Source: Amphiscolops sp. MND2022
Taxonomy: Eukaryota
Direction of reading: 5' to 3'
Assembly: GCA_964187785.1 (NCBI GenBank)
Contig: OZ076409.1
Coordinates: forward strand, 36,272,001-36,336,000
DNA length: 64,000 nt
Shown here: piece after piece, positions 1 through 11,289 of the stretch
Layout: each line of letters starts with the position of its first letter
Position numbering within the stretch: position 1 is the first letter of the stretch
Notes under the pieces: model-generated
Told to the model about the DNA's origin: nothing
The model's database searches: none
The model's input: the letters and a program-made list of their open reading frames with translations, nothing else
Translations under genes and position numbers: made by a program

Positions 1-150
1 CTGAATTAGCTACAATACGTACCGAATCAATTCAACATTCAATTCATCATTGTTTTCTACTGAGTTAATCCCAATTGCTCTATAACACAAAATGATTCTG
101 CAACTGCGCAAAATGATTCGGCAACTGCGTCAACTTCGTTATCTCATTTC

Positions 151-921
151 GTGGGATTGCCAGTTTATTGCCACGATGCGAATGCCACACCATCGATGGA
201 ATGGGAGAAGTGGCTTGACTTGTTCCAAGTCGCCTATTATAGCGAAGTATTCAATTTCCATCAGATTTCCATCACGGAGATGACCAGAGAAGTCACAGAG
301 CAGCAATTGAGAGTGCATTCATTGATGGGAGATTCAGATGAAGATCCTGCCAATAAAAAGGTGGTAAGCACGATGTATTTATCCCTTGGCGAAGCTGCCA
401 GAAAACAGTTTACTGACAAATTTCCTCATGCAATATTGTGGGCATTGGAAGCGAGTGAATTAATTCAAATATGCAACTATTGTTGTCTGAAGAAAAAGAA
501 CCGGACGCTCGACAGACACCAATTTTTCGCGAGGATGCAACAACCGGGAGAGACGCTGTACCAAATCTGGCACGAGTTGAGTGGCCTAACAGCTACATGC
601 ATCTTCGGAGAATTTACGTTGACTTTGGTATTGAACAAGTTTATCATCCAAATGACCAAAAAAAACGTTCAAGAAAAACTTTGCAACGAACCCAAGGATC
701 CTGAGCAGGCCTTGGAATATGCATTTGCCTTTGAAGAAGGCATGAAGCGACCAAAGTTCTATGAGATGCAAAATGCTGAATTGTCAAAGTCGACTGTAAA
801 AAGTGAGCCCGTATTTGCAGTGGAGAAGAGTAACACGAGGGAGTGCTTCAGATGTGGGGAGTCGAATTTCACCATGGACCACATAAAGAACTGTAATGAA
901 AGCAACTACAAACGTAAATAG
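151..921 (+). pseudogene. Gypsy gag remnant
   Basis: WEKWLDLF, FFARMQQPGETL and CFRCGESNF motifs; second zinc knuckle interrupted by a stop at 919-921. Confidence 0.85.
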
Positions 922-1099
922 TGTAATTTAGTGGGGCATATGGAGATTTGCTGCAACAAGAAATCCCCCCACAGACGTAAAGCAATGGTGCAAAGGTTAA
1001 AATATTTGACCAACAAATGCGAAGAGCAAATTCTATTGATGGAGACGACTCTGAAGAAAAAACAGATGATGTTGATGATGAAGAGCAATTAGTGTTGCG

Positions 1100-3586
1100 C
1101 GTCGATGGAAAGGACCAAAAGCCGTTTTACATGGAAGACCTAATTTATGGGAAGCAGTTCAAAGCCATCATTGACATCGGATTGCTTGTATCGATTTTCA
1201 CAAAAACAAACCTTCGACAAATCATCGGAGAACGGAAAGTAGTTATTAGAGAGGTGATAATAAAGGACCGTTGAAATTGTTGCGGGTATCAATTCGTTCG
1301 TCTAGAAGTTGCAGGGGTGACGGCATCAAAGGTTCGAGCTCTTGAAGCTTCAAGTTCTAGCAAGTCCAAAGTGGGACGCGATTGGCTAATTGTTCTTCGC
1401 TATCAAGTCAAGCAGCCATTAGAAAGCGGTGAGTGTGAACAAAGTGGTAAAATTGTGAATTTTGACAAAACAATAACTAATGTATATATTTAAGACAATA
1501 CAAATCCCGAGGTTCAGCAATTATTGAGAGATTTCCCAATTTTCTTCAGCAGACAAAGTCAAGCAGAAAATTACGAAATTAAAATTGTTGTGAATGAAAA
1601 TGCAAACCGTTTGCAACAAAAACGCCACAGAGTACCATTTCAATTACAAAATCAATTTGATAAAGAAATCTGAAAATTGCTAAAAGAGGACCACATTGAA
1701 CGTGTAGAGAAAATCCAAGACGACGTATTTATCTAACCAACCATAATTACAGTGAAAAAGGACAAATTGGTCAAGATAGCCATAAATGCCAGAGCAATGA
1801 ACTAGTCAATATCCAAAGGCAAATACTAATGCCGAATACAGAAATTCTAAACGATAAGATAGCTGAAAAGCTAGACAAAAGCGAAGAGGAAGCATGGTAT
1901 TCGTCGGTGGACATAACTTATGCACATCGACAAGAACCATTGCATGAATTAAACAAAACGCATTGCAACTTTCAAATAGTGGGAAAAAAATCCAACTGAA
2001 TATTTTAAAAATTACGTAAACGGAGTGAAAATCAAAGTAGTGTCTGACCACAGAGCGTTGATGTCTGTGCTTAAACCCAATAGAAATGACAAGGTTTTAT
2101 CTAGTAGAATAACTCAATGGATAGACAGACTATTACCATTTGACTTCGAAGTTATTCATACAGGTGGAAGAACACTAGGCATGGCGGATTACCTATCAAA
2201 GCATCCCAATGAATTAGAAGTGGCATCAGTAAAGGCAGAAAAGCTCTGCGTGGTTTACTGTTGACAGCGTAGTCAGCTTCAATGATATTTTGGACAGCAG
2301 CGCGAAAGTTAACGAGAGAAGCAAGCCGGAGAAAGTGAATAGTGAGAGAGTTAGCGTCAACAGAGTGAATAAAGCAGAAATGAAGCAACCAATCACATCG
2401 CGGGAAAAGCGCAGATTGCGGGAATCAAGTAAGACTAGTGTTAGTGCTACCAAATTGAAAGCGAGAACAAGTCAGAGCACGTCAAAGCGCCCGTTGAACA
2501 AAAAGTTGTTACCTGCCAATTATGCGGCAGAGTAACTTCTTCAAAAATAGTTTCATTTGTAAAAATCTATAACCGTACTGCGGTAAGACGGCTCCCTTCG
2601 CCTGGGCGTGAAACATTTCAGTCAATCTCACTAGATGAGAGATAGTTTCTTTTACATAGATAACCGCCTCGATAATCCGCACGCTATGCCTGCTATGATA
2701 ATGTGCTTCTTAAATTACGGACACCCGGGTCGGGATGCCATGTTAGGCGTGATATCGGATATCTGGAGGCCAAACATACACCGGGAGGTGGTCGGCCAAG
2801 TGAGACTGTGTGAACAGTGCCTACTAACAGGTAAGAATTTGAAATGCGTTTTGGAACAAAAGCAAATAGGGAAGTTACTGGCAACTGAAGAAAAGAATGA
2901 AGTGATTTCGTTATACTTTGCAGGGCTTTTTCAGAAGGCTAGGCATGGAACGAAAGATTTAGTAGTATCTTAGTTCATTTTTCGGGATGGCCAGACGCAA
3001 AATTTTTATATAGCACAACAACGAAAATAGTAATTGAATTTCTGAAATATTATATTTGGTACTTTGAGGTTACGAAGAGAATAAGAACCGATCCGGGGTC
3101 ATTATTTTTAGGCGGTAATATTTGCAATTTTGTGAACAATTTGGAATAGAACACATAACTTGCCCAGTGCGCGACCACACGGGAAATGGCAAAATAGAGC
3201 GGCTGATACGAACAATAAATGAACAGCGGCGCGCGAATAAACAAATAGTGGTGGCAAACGATAAATCTGGGCTGTCGGGAGTTTTGCATGCGCTCCGAAT
3301 AAGTAAGAAGAAGGACGGGAGATCATCGTTTGAAAAACAGTTGAAGAAAGAACAATACACTGTAAAATCCAACGTAGTCAAAAAGTTGTTGGATGTTTTA
3401 GAATTTGAACCCATGTTAAAGCTGCAGCAGTCTGACTTCCAAGAAGACCTGGACTCCACGGTCCTTGTCAGAGAACGAGCGAGAGGGTCGAAAGTGGAGG
3501 GATTGTACGACCGCGAGGCCGCCGAAGTTCTAAAAGAAATAATTGTGCTACCCGGAATTCTGGCAAACAGAAGACATACGCCATAA
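1100..3586 (+). pseudogene. Gypsy pol remnant (PR, partial RT, RNase H C-end, integrase)
   Basis: Fragments in ORFs 1017-1274, 2025-2264, 2635-2973 and 3122-3586 carry recognisable pol motifs but are broken by stops and frameshifts. Confidence 0.85.
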
Positions 3587-4223
3587 GAGCGAGCAAAAGA
3601 AGAGAACGAAGAGTTTGAGCGAAAAGAGAACAAGAGACAATAGCGGGCAATGATTGAGTCCTCAAGTTCATATTAGGGACAAAGGACAAAGAGGCAAAAG
3701 AAGAGAATGCGGCCGGAGAAGCAGTGGCCCGAAATGGTGATTGAATGCGATGAAGAAGAAATCCCTTGTAATAATGACATTGCCCCAAGTAGCGTCAATA
3801 GAGACACACCAGCAGCCAGTGAAGTGACAGCAGCAACTGAGAAAGTGACGAAGCGTGAAGAGCCGCAAATTGGAGGAACATACAGCCGAGTAAAAAAGCC
3901 GCAATCCCACATTTTAGCCAATTGCAGGGCCCAGTGGAGCTAGAGGGAACGAACCAACATAGATGATGGAGAGAAAGCGAACAGTCACACAAAGATATGG
4001 CATCGACGTGATGCAGATTGATATTGAATGAAACTGAAGAAGTTGAAAAACTTTTACATTAAAGTTACATTTGAGTTTCACTTATTAACAGTGCCGTTAC
4101 CTAATTAACATACTTTCATTACCGGTAACATTTTAAGTTGTGACAATTTTGATTAAATAATACCGTTGAATGACTTTGATCCAAGTTTACTGTTAAACTA
4201 CTTTGCCACTAACAAAAGGGGGA

Positions 4224-4411
4224 TGTAGTGGAGGTCAAAGTTTGTAAAATGTGCACGAATTAATGCTAGCATTAATGAGGTACCTGTCAAAATACATTAT
4301 TAAGAAGAATCAGTTGAGCAAAAGACTGAATTAGCTGCAAAACGTACTGCAGCAATTCAACATTCAATTCATCATTCTTTTTTACTGGGTTAATCCCAGT
4401 TGCACATAACA
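4224..4411 (+). repeat. 3' LTR (188 bp) of decayed Gypsy
   Basis: TGTAGT...ATAACA, downstream of the PPT; distal part repeats window positions 1-87. Confidence 0.9.
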
Positions 4412-4461
4412 GTTTGTCAGCTTGTAAGCTTAAATTTACATACATTTTTAGTCAGCACTTT

Positions 4462-5061
4462 CATTACGAGACTCATCCCGGTGACGAACTACCAGGATCT
4501 CATTAGCTCGAGTTTTGTCCAATCAGAGCGCGAAATTATTTTAGAAAGATTTACACTTGTCACACAGTACACGCATTGATAAGTCATTACACTAGTAGAC
4601 ACAGCTTCGTAAGTTAATCAGTTTTCTCCATCGGAATATACAGTAATAGACTTGTTTACACAAAACATCGATTTTTGAATCATTGTTTAACTTGACTGCT
4701 TTACGATGTGGTGGTATGAATTGAAATTAAATTGAACACGGATAAATTAATGCATATAGACATGGAGTAAGGTAGTCAAAATTTGACAACATTCCACTTT
4801 TTTGCAAATTGCAGACCGCTTTACTTGCAAACAATGGAAGTTTGACTAAATGACGGAAAACTGTATTTTTGGACTAAATTCAACTTTTCACTAACTACGC
4901 GCCTTGACTAGTTTACACTATTTTCCATTACGCGCTTTGACACAGCTACACCGTCCAAGCGTAGACCGTATTGACTGACTTACGCTGATTGACCATTTCA
5001 CGGAATAAACAGATTACGCTGCATGACTGAAATTCACTTTACCGGGATGTGTCTCGTAATG
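4462..5061. mobile_element. Non-autonomous DNA transposon (MITE), CATTAC termini, 2-bp TT TSD (CACTA/EnSpm-like)
   Basis: 21-bp TIR CATTACGAGACTCATCCCGGT versus ACCGGGATGTGTCTCGTAATG (1 mismatch), flanked by TT on both sides; no coding capacity. Confidence 0.85.
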
Positions 5062-5066
5062 TTTTG

Positions 5067-5110
5067 AAAAAGCCGGGAATGGCCCAAGTCGGCGCAGCAC
5101 CTAAAGTTCA
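5067..5110 (-). mobile_element. Additional family-A hairpin/subTIR end (partial, possibly the host of the nested 5264-5803 copy)
   Basis: AAAAGCCGGGAATGGCCCAAGTCGGCGC matches the family-A end. Confidence 0.55.
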
Positions 5111-5263
5111 CAAAAAGCAAGTTTTTAAATATGCAAGGAGACACTGTTGTGAGACTTTTAACACATTTACAGTGCTCCGAAAACCACCGAAGGAACACAC
5201 TTGAGATTTTAAAAACGCTTTTTGCCATATTCTGAAAGAATTCTCAAACGTTCCACAGGATCG

Positions 5264-5803
5264 AACAAGCCGGGAACGGCCCAAGTCGGCGCCATTTCTA
5301 AGGCTCAATAAGACTCGAAAATCACAATCACTTTTTCGGCAACTGGAGACAACAAAAGCTCTCAAAAAACTAAAAATAGAGGAAAAATTTTCTCCGAAAT
5401 TTTTTTTGAAATTTTTTTGAACTCTCGGGTAAGTCGCATAGTGCCAAAAAATGTAAAAGGGGGACCCTTCGGGATTTTTTGAACATCGATTCTGTTGCAA
5501 AATACCAAAAAAATTCATGGGGGAGCAATGAAAAAATTTGTGAAAAAAATGAGAAATTTGAGCAGTCTCACAGTGCCGAAAAAAGGGGGAAAGTCTCATA
5601 GTGTCGAAAAAAGTGGAACGGGGCACCCTCCTGCTTTGGAATGGCTTTTTATCTCATGTTAGAGGCTCTGGATGCGTTGAAAGATAAGTACTAAGTACAT
5701 ATGGTAAAAGTGCATAATGCACAAAAAGTGCACTGATCGCGTTGAACTTACGAAAAAAAAAGCAACGGTAAGACTCGGGATTTTCTTCGAAAACGCCGAC
5801 TAA
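5264..5803 (-). mobile_element. Helentron-associated (HINE/DINE-1-like) non-autonomous element, family A
   Basis: Asymmetric subterminal inverted repeat AGTCGGCG (5284-5291) / CGCCGACT (5794-5801); terminal hairpin GCCG-GGAA-CGGC (5269-5280); A-rich flanks and no TSD; related copies elsewhere in the window. Confidence 0.65.
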
Positions 5804-6456
5804 AAATGATAAAGAGGTTACCCTTAGGACTCGGAAAAGAGTCAACCTCACAGAAACACTCAGTAACTAGAAATTTTCAAGTTTTTCGAAATATTTTCCA
5901 CAACTTTTATAATACGGTAAAAAGCATTGTGCCAAAAATCTAAAGTGGCCCCTTATGCTCCCCAAACGCTTTGTTTTTGCAAGCAGGTACTTCGATTGAA
6001 AAAACATCGAAAAAAAGCGCATCGAAAAAAATAACGAAATTTCCAAAGTGTGGATCACCTGGTTTCCCTCTACTTTTGCCAGAATAAAAAAAATTAACTA
6101 GAGCAAAACTCGAATCCATTTGCTCCTGATTCGCGAACTTTAGAAAATTGGGGTGAACCTCTTGTCAAGTGGCAGTTAAAAGTCACAAGTTTTAAAGAGC
6201 TTTAGAAAAGTGCCTATAGAAAAAAGTCAGCTCGCTGGTCCTATAAAAGCCCGAAAATTCACACGAACTTTACAGCGGTAGAACTTTTCAGGCCTCATCT
6301 TCGGTTATTTGTGTCCTTTAAGACTGATGAGAGTTTTCTCAATACCCACGGAAAAGATGTTAATTTTTTCGGCGCTATACTACTTTTTTTGGAACAAAAA
6401 GGTTCAATCAGTCGAAGTCTAGCCTCTTCATTTAAAAACAAATTTTTGACTTCGGA

Positions 6457-7055
6457 ATCTTGGTTGGATCAAGGATCTTAGAGGTCCCTCCAAAATTTTG
6501 CGTGGATCAGCGACCTTGAAGATGCCTCGAAGATCTTTGTTGGGTCAGTGATCTCGAAGATCCCCCAAGATATCAATTGCATCAGTGATCTCGAAGATCC
6601 ATCCAAGGTCTTGGTTGGATCAATGATCTCGGAGATCCCTACAAGATCTTGGTGATATCAGTGATCTCTGGAACCTCCTCGAAGATATTGATTGGATCAG
6701 TGATCTCGGAGATCCTTCAAAGATCTTGGTTGTATCCATGATCACGGAGATCTTTTAAAGACCTTGGCTGTATTCGTGATATCGGAGCCTCGTCCAAAAT
6801 ATTGGTTGGATCAGTGATCTAGGAGATCTCTCCAAGATCCTGGTGGTGTCAGTGATCTCGGGAACTCCTCGAAAATCTTGCTTGGATCAGTGATCTCGGA
6901 GATCCTTCAAAGATCTTGGTTGTATCCGTGATCCCGCAGATCCTTGATAGACCTCAGTTGTATCTGTGATCTCGGATCTCCTTCCAAGATCATGGTTGGA
7001 TCAGTGATCTCGGAGATTTCTTCAGAATCTTGGTTTTGGAGCAGTGATCTAGAGG
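6457..7055. repeat. ~38-bp GATC-rich minisatellite, about 15-16 diverged units, 190-bp higher-order repeat
   Basis: Consensus about GATCTTGGTTGGATCAGTGATCTCGGAGATCCTTCAAA; an identical 46-bp block recurs at 6692 and 6882. Confidence 0.9.
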
Positions 7056-7289
7056 GTTCCTCTGCACAAAGATTTTTTTCGGTAGCTTTTTTTCGGGAAT
7101 AGACGACCAGAAGGAGCGTTGATTTTCCGTAGAATATACCTTAAGACAATATCAGTGTAAGACAACATCAAAGATTTAAAACAAACAGTTACGAATGAAT
7201 TTACATTGAATTAAGTTTCAAATCAACATTTTTTGTTCAAAGTTTTTTCTTCGCTGGCGGTTTTCTTGATCCGAGTGGAGTTTTTGACA

Positions 7290-8669
7290 CATGGATCTAC
7301 GCTTTCAATTGTTGTCGCACTTGAATTTTATCTTTAGCCAAGTCATCACCCCCGCTCAACAGTCCACAGCAATTAGTTCCACTGACTGTAGAAGCACTCA
7401 CCAGGCTCTCCTTTGACTCTTCAAAAGTCAGTCGAAGTCTCATTGATTTGAGTTTTATGAGGATATTTCGTTGACTGAATTTGATAAGTGACCCGCAACA
7501 AAGAATAGGATGGATAGACATCAATGTGTAGTTTTTCCCTCTAATGCATCCATACAAGCAGAATGGTGATGAAGTTGCTGAAAAATTTTAATCAAATTCT
7601 GACGTGGCATTGAGCATGTGATTGCTTTTAGTTGTTTTAATTAAAAAACGAGGTCAAGAGCAGTTGAGAGGACGCCACACGCACGAAGATAGTAGAGCCG
7701 GCAAACCAAAACAAAATCTTTTTGGAAGATTCAAAATTAGAAGGTGGGAAGCCCACTTTTGTTGGAGTTTGATGTATGATTGCCTCATTTTAGCAAGACT
7801 CTTCCTTAAGCAAAAACTGCAAAAATGAGACTTTCGCTTGATTACTTTCGTTGAATCTTGGAGCCCCAGCTTACTAGCTGTGTGGACTGTCATGTTGGTG
7901 TTTTGCTGTTTTGAGTTTGGCTGTCATCACCTTGTTTGGCTGTGGATTTGAGCTCGTGAGCTACTATTTAAGATTTTGGCGTTAGGCTAGCTATCCCCGC
8001 AAATGGAATTGTTTCATTGGGATTGTTGTTGAAAGCTATGGGAACGGTGGTTCTGCAGAGACAAAGTACCCGTTGCCCCTAGCAGTGACTGACCAAGACA
8101 AACCGGAAGATTTCTTTATGATGCGGTACCCAAGGGAAGAAAAAGGGCCTACTGCTAGATGGGAGCCCGTCCTTTGCAACAAAACCCCATCCATTTAGGT
8201 TTCTCCCACTCATGTGACATAGTCAACCTACGCGGCAGCTTGACGTTACATTGTTTGTTCTCGAAAAAGTACGCTAAAGAGTCATAGAATTACTTCAATT
8301 CTATGTAGTCCAAGTCTCAGCTGCGTACCATCGTGTTCAGAGTGCAATAATGTCCTTGGGAAGCAAGCTGCGTACAACTTAAACCAATTTCCTTTTTCTT
8401 GTAAATTTCTAATCGGTTTCATACGTCACTCTCGCAGAGAAAAGGGGCCGGAAATTTGATAAAAGTGAAGAGAACATGCATTGGGCGACAAATTATGCGA
8501 GTTGTTTCCTTATTTCATGTATTGCGGTGGATAATAAAGCAATTTTCTCAAAGACGACAAGCTGTTACACCTCATTACAGAACTTCCGGTTCGGAGAAGT
8601 GATAATTTGCATTTTTGATTATTGTTCTTTTAAATCCTTACCATTGTCTTGTTCAAAATACAAACGCCC
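7290..8669 (-). pseudogene. Highly decayed non-LTR retrotransposon ORF2 3' part (apparent target of the Gypsy insertion; may continue at ~22937-23700)
   Basis: Minus-strand remnants FKLYAACFP, YAAETWT (LINE YGAETW-like motif) and SPFCLYGC...H.ILC (C-terminal zinc-knuckle-like); otherwise heavily disrupted. Confidence 0.4.
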
Positions 8670-10148
8670 TCATATGTAGGATTTTTGACTTTTCGCTCAT
8701 GTTATGGTGTTTATTAAATTTTAGTTCATCAGCAAGGTAGATTTTACGGGGTGATATCGTATAAAAGTAAAGATTACAATAAGTACCTCAAGTACCTCAC
8801 ACTATTGTTTAATGTCAATAATATTGTCTTTAGTCTCGCGGACTACTAAAAGAACCATTCTTAGCTGCTATGAAGCGACCGCGCAACGTACTAATGCAGT
8901 GAGACGGCCGCCACCACTCAGACCTATGTAACAAAATTCTATTCGGAACGAAACTTTAACATTGAATTTCTCAATACCTATTGCGAATATAAGAAAAATT
9001 AAACCACCAAAATGTTCCTTTCTGACCTGAGTACGTGTTGAGTAAACATTTAGGAACTTTTCAGTAACGAATTTCCACAGAAAAAGCATTAGAAGTCATA
9101 AAATACTGTGAATAGAAATTTAGTCAAATTACTATGTTAATACATGTGTTTGAGGGTATGCGAGAGTGAAACTTCACAGTACGCGGTATAAGCATTGAAT
9201 GCAACTCAGCTAAGCGTGGCAGAAAGCGAAAGGAATGAAAATTAGAACGCGCTGTGAGTGGCTGTACGCGTAGCTAATAAGAAAACGGCCGCCGCACACT
9301 TTGAATTAATCCCCCCTCTTGATAGAAATTAAAAATCAAAACCCGATTTCTCAAAGATGAAAAAAGATAGCAACAAACGGTTTTCAGCATTCGAAAGCCC
9401 ATCCAAAGGAAAGCTTAAGTTGAGGATATGAGCGTTGTGCGACCCCGGGAACATATCGGGGGGAAGCTTAGAAAATAAGTGCATTGAAAATTTTGACGAT
9501 TTTCCAAAATTGAGTTTCCTTTAAAAATTTTGTGTGATCGCTACAGTTGTCAGAAAATGTTCGGATATGGCTTAAATTAAAGATAAATGAATGCCCTAAC
9601 TTGTGTTAATTGGAAAATAAATAATAATCAGTACTTTTTGAGAACTGAGCCAGCAAACGTTAAAAACAGCCCTAAAATGGCCTAAAAAGCCGTTTTTCGC
9701 ATGTTATCGCTTAGTACTCAACGTGTAAGCGCACAATAGCCGCCCCCTTCACAGCGTACTTGAGAATTGAAGTGGAGGAGTGAATAGAATAATAAATAGA
9801 GTGCTGCGGTGCGCTAGCGAAGAACCCCCAAGAATTTAAAGTTGTGATTTCTTTCAGCCGATAGGGATGTCGACCTACCAAAATGCGAACCCCCCCCCCG
9901 CACGTTTTGGGCGATATCGAGCTGAAACTTTCAGGGTAGACGCACAAGACCCAGGCGCACAGCGTTTAGCAGAAGCGTTTTTCCGAAAAATGCCCTGGTT
10001 TCAAGATATTGGCCTCCAAAGTTGAAAGTCCAGACATAAAAATCGGGAAAATGACTACTTTCAGAAAAAGTACTATCAAATTTTGTTGAGAAAAGATAGA
10101 GACCTCATCTAAAGTGCAAAATACTCCTAATGGCTTGGGCTAACGATG

Positions 10149-10156
10149 TATATAAG
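10149..10156 (+). promoter_or_regulatory. Candidate LTR TATA box (TATATAAG)
   Basis: Present in both LTRs and conserved (ATGTATATAA) in the diverged solo LTR near 26260 on the minus strand. Motif-only call. Confidence 0.3.
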
Positions 10157-11085
10157 CCCCCAGCCTGTATCTTTCAAATTGACTGAGTACTAGCACTCCA
10201 AAGTTGAGATTTGCGTGAAAACCGATGGGTGATTTTTGACTACCACACTTTAAAGGCGTTTTTCACTGTGAAGGAGTTGAAATAGAAAGAAAACCATGGA
10301 GTAAGCTTTTGTAGCCCACGAATTGTACTTTCAAATGATGTACTTGGTTTTTGCCCTCCCTCATCGAAACACCTTGTTTTTGCCCTTAGAAGTTGTAACA
10401 CGAAAATCGACTTTTTTTGATATGAATTAAAATCGCCTTTTAGGTCATTGTAAACTGTAGAAAATTATTTCCTTCAGCCAGATTTAGCTGGAGAGAGTTG
10501 TCAGGAACCGCGTGAGAAAAAGAGACCTGGCAAAAAGTGCAAATGTCAATCAGTAAGCCGAAGTTCAAGTCGTGCTTACAAAAGTGGGAAACACTGAGTC
10601 AGTAGCACCACCCCTTAAATTCTATTGAAAACGAAGTAAAACCATCAGTCATGATTGACAAGGAGGTGGAACTAGGACCGACTCGTGTTGAGAAAATGTA
10701 CTTCTAATGAACTTTCAGTACCGAAGTAGGAAAAAAACTGTATTGCTCAACACTTAGTCAGAACCCGAAAAAGGAAAGATGATAAACTATGAATAATGAT
10801 ATGACTAAACTGCCGAAAAAGTAACTTAGGCCGAAGTGTGCGCCATTTTAGCGACACACAAAGTGAGTTGAAATCTAGAGAGCGGTTTGCTGCTTTGCGT
10901 CCGATAGCATCCCGCATCAGACGCCGGACTATCGAAATTGCAGATTTACTTCGTCTGGCCGGTTAGCCCGTGCCTTCAGCCTAACAACCTGAAGTTGCCT
11001 GATTTGTTGCTACCCCGCTTTTCGCTAGTGCGGATTTCGACCCGGGAGTAGGGTGGACTGCTGGTCTATCGTATTACATGTAAAA

Positions 11086-11289
11086 GAGCCTAAGTGGGCT
11101 GATAATACACGGTTGAGCCTAAGTGGGCTGATAATACACGGTTGAGCCTAAGTGGGCTGATAATACACGGTTGAGCCTAAGTGGGCTGATAATACACGGT
11201 TTAAGCCTAAGTGGGCTGATAATACACGGTTTAAGCCTAAGTGGGCTGATAATACACGGTTTAAGCCTAAGTGGGCTGATAATACACGG
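11086..11289 (+). repeat. LTR-internal tandem array, 7 units (4 of the 29-bp type + 3 of the 30-bp type)
   Basis: Units GAGCCTAAGTGGGCTGATAATACACGGTT and TAAGCCTAAGTGGGCTGATAATACACGGTT. Confidence 0.97.

Larger units (their letters stand above)
1..4411 (+). mobile_element. Decayed Ty3/Gypsy LTR retrotransposon (5' LTR cut by window edge; internal RT/RNase H deletion)
   Basis: 1-87 matches 4326-4411 (both end ...ATAACA). 3' LTR 4224-4411 runs TG...CA and is preceded by PPT AAAAGGGGGA. Order of remnants is gag (151-921, CFRCG), protease (IIDIG, ~1160), RT start, RNase H end (SDHRAL, ADYLSK), integrase (GHPG..C..C, TDPG, GNGKIERL). Many stops and frameshifts. Confidence 0.92.

Noticed and set aside
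5034..5851. F/K-rich minus-strand ORFs up to 172 aa
   Set aside because: Low-complexity translations of the non-coding HINE-like repeat.
8868..9947. Short ORFs repeated in both LTRs and partly in the solo LTR
   Set aside because: They recur only because the LTR DNA is repeated; non-ATG starts and no recognisable domains.
11086..11289. CRISPR-like appearance of ~30-bp palindromic repeats (also 22121-22354)
   Set aside because: The units are head-to-tail with no unique spacers, there are no cas genes, and the context is a eukaryotic LTR.
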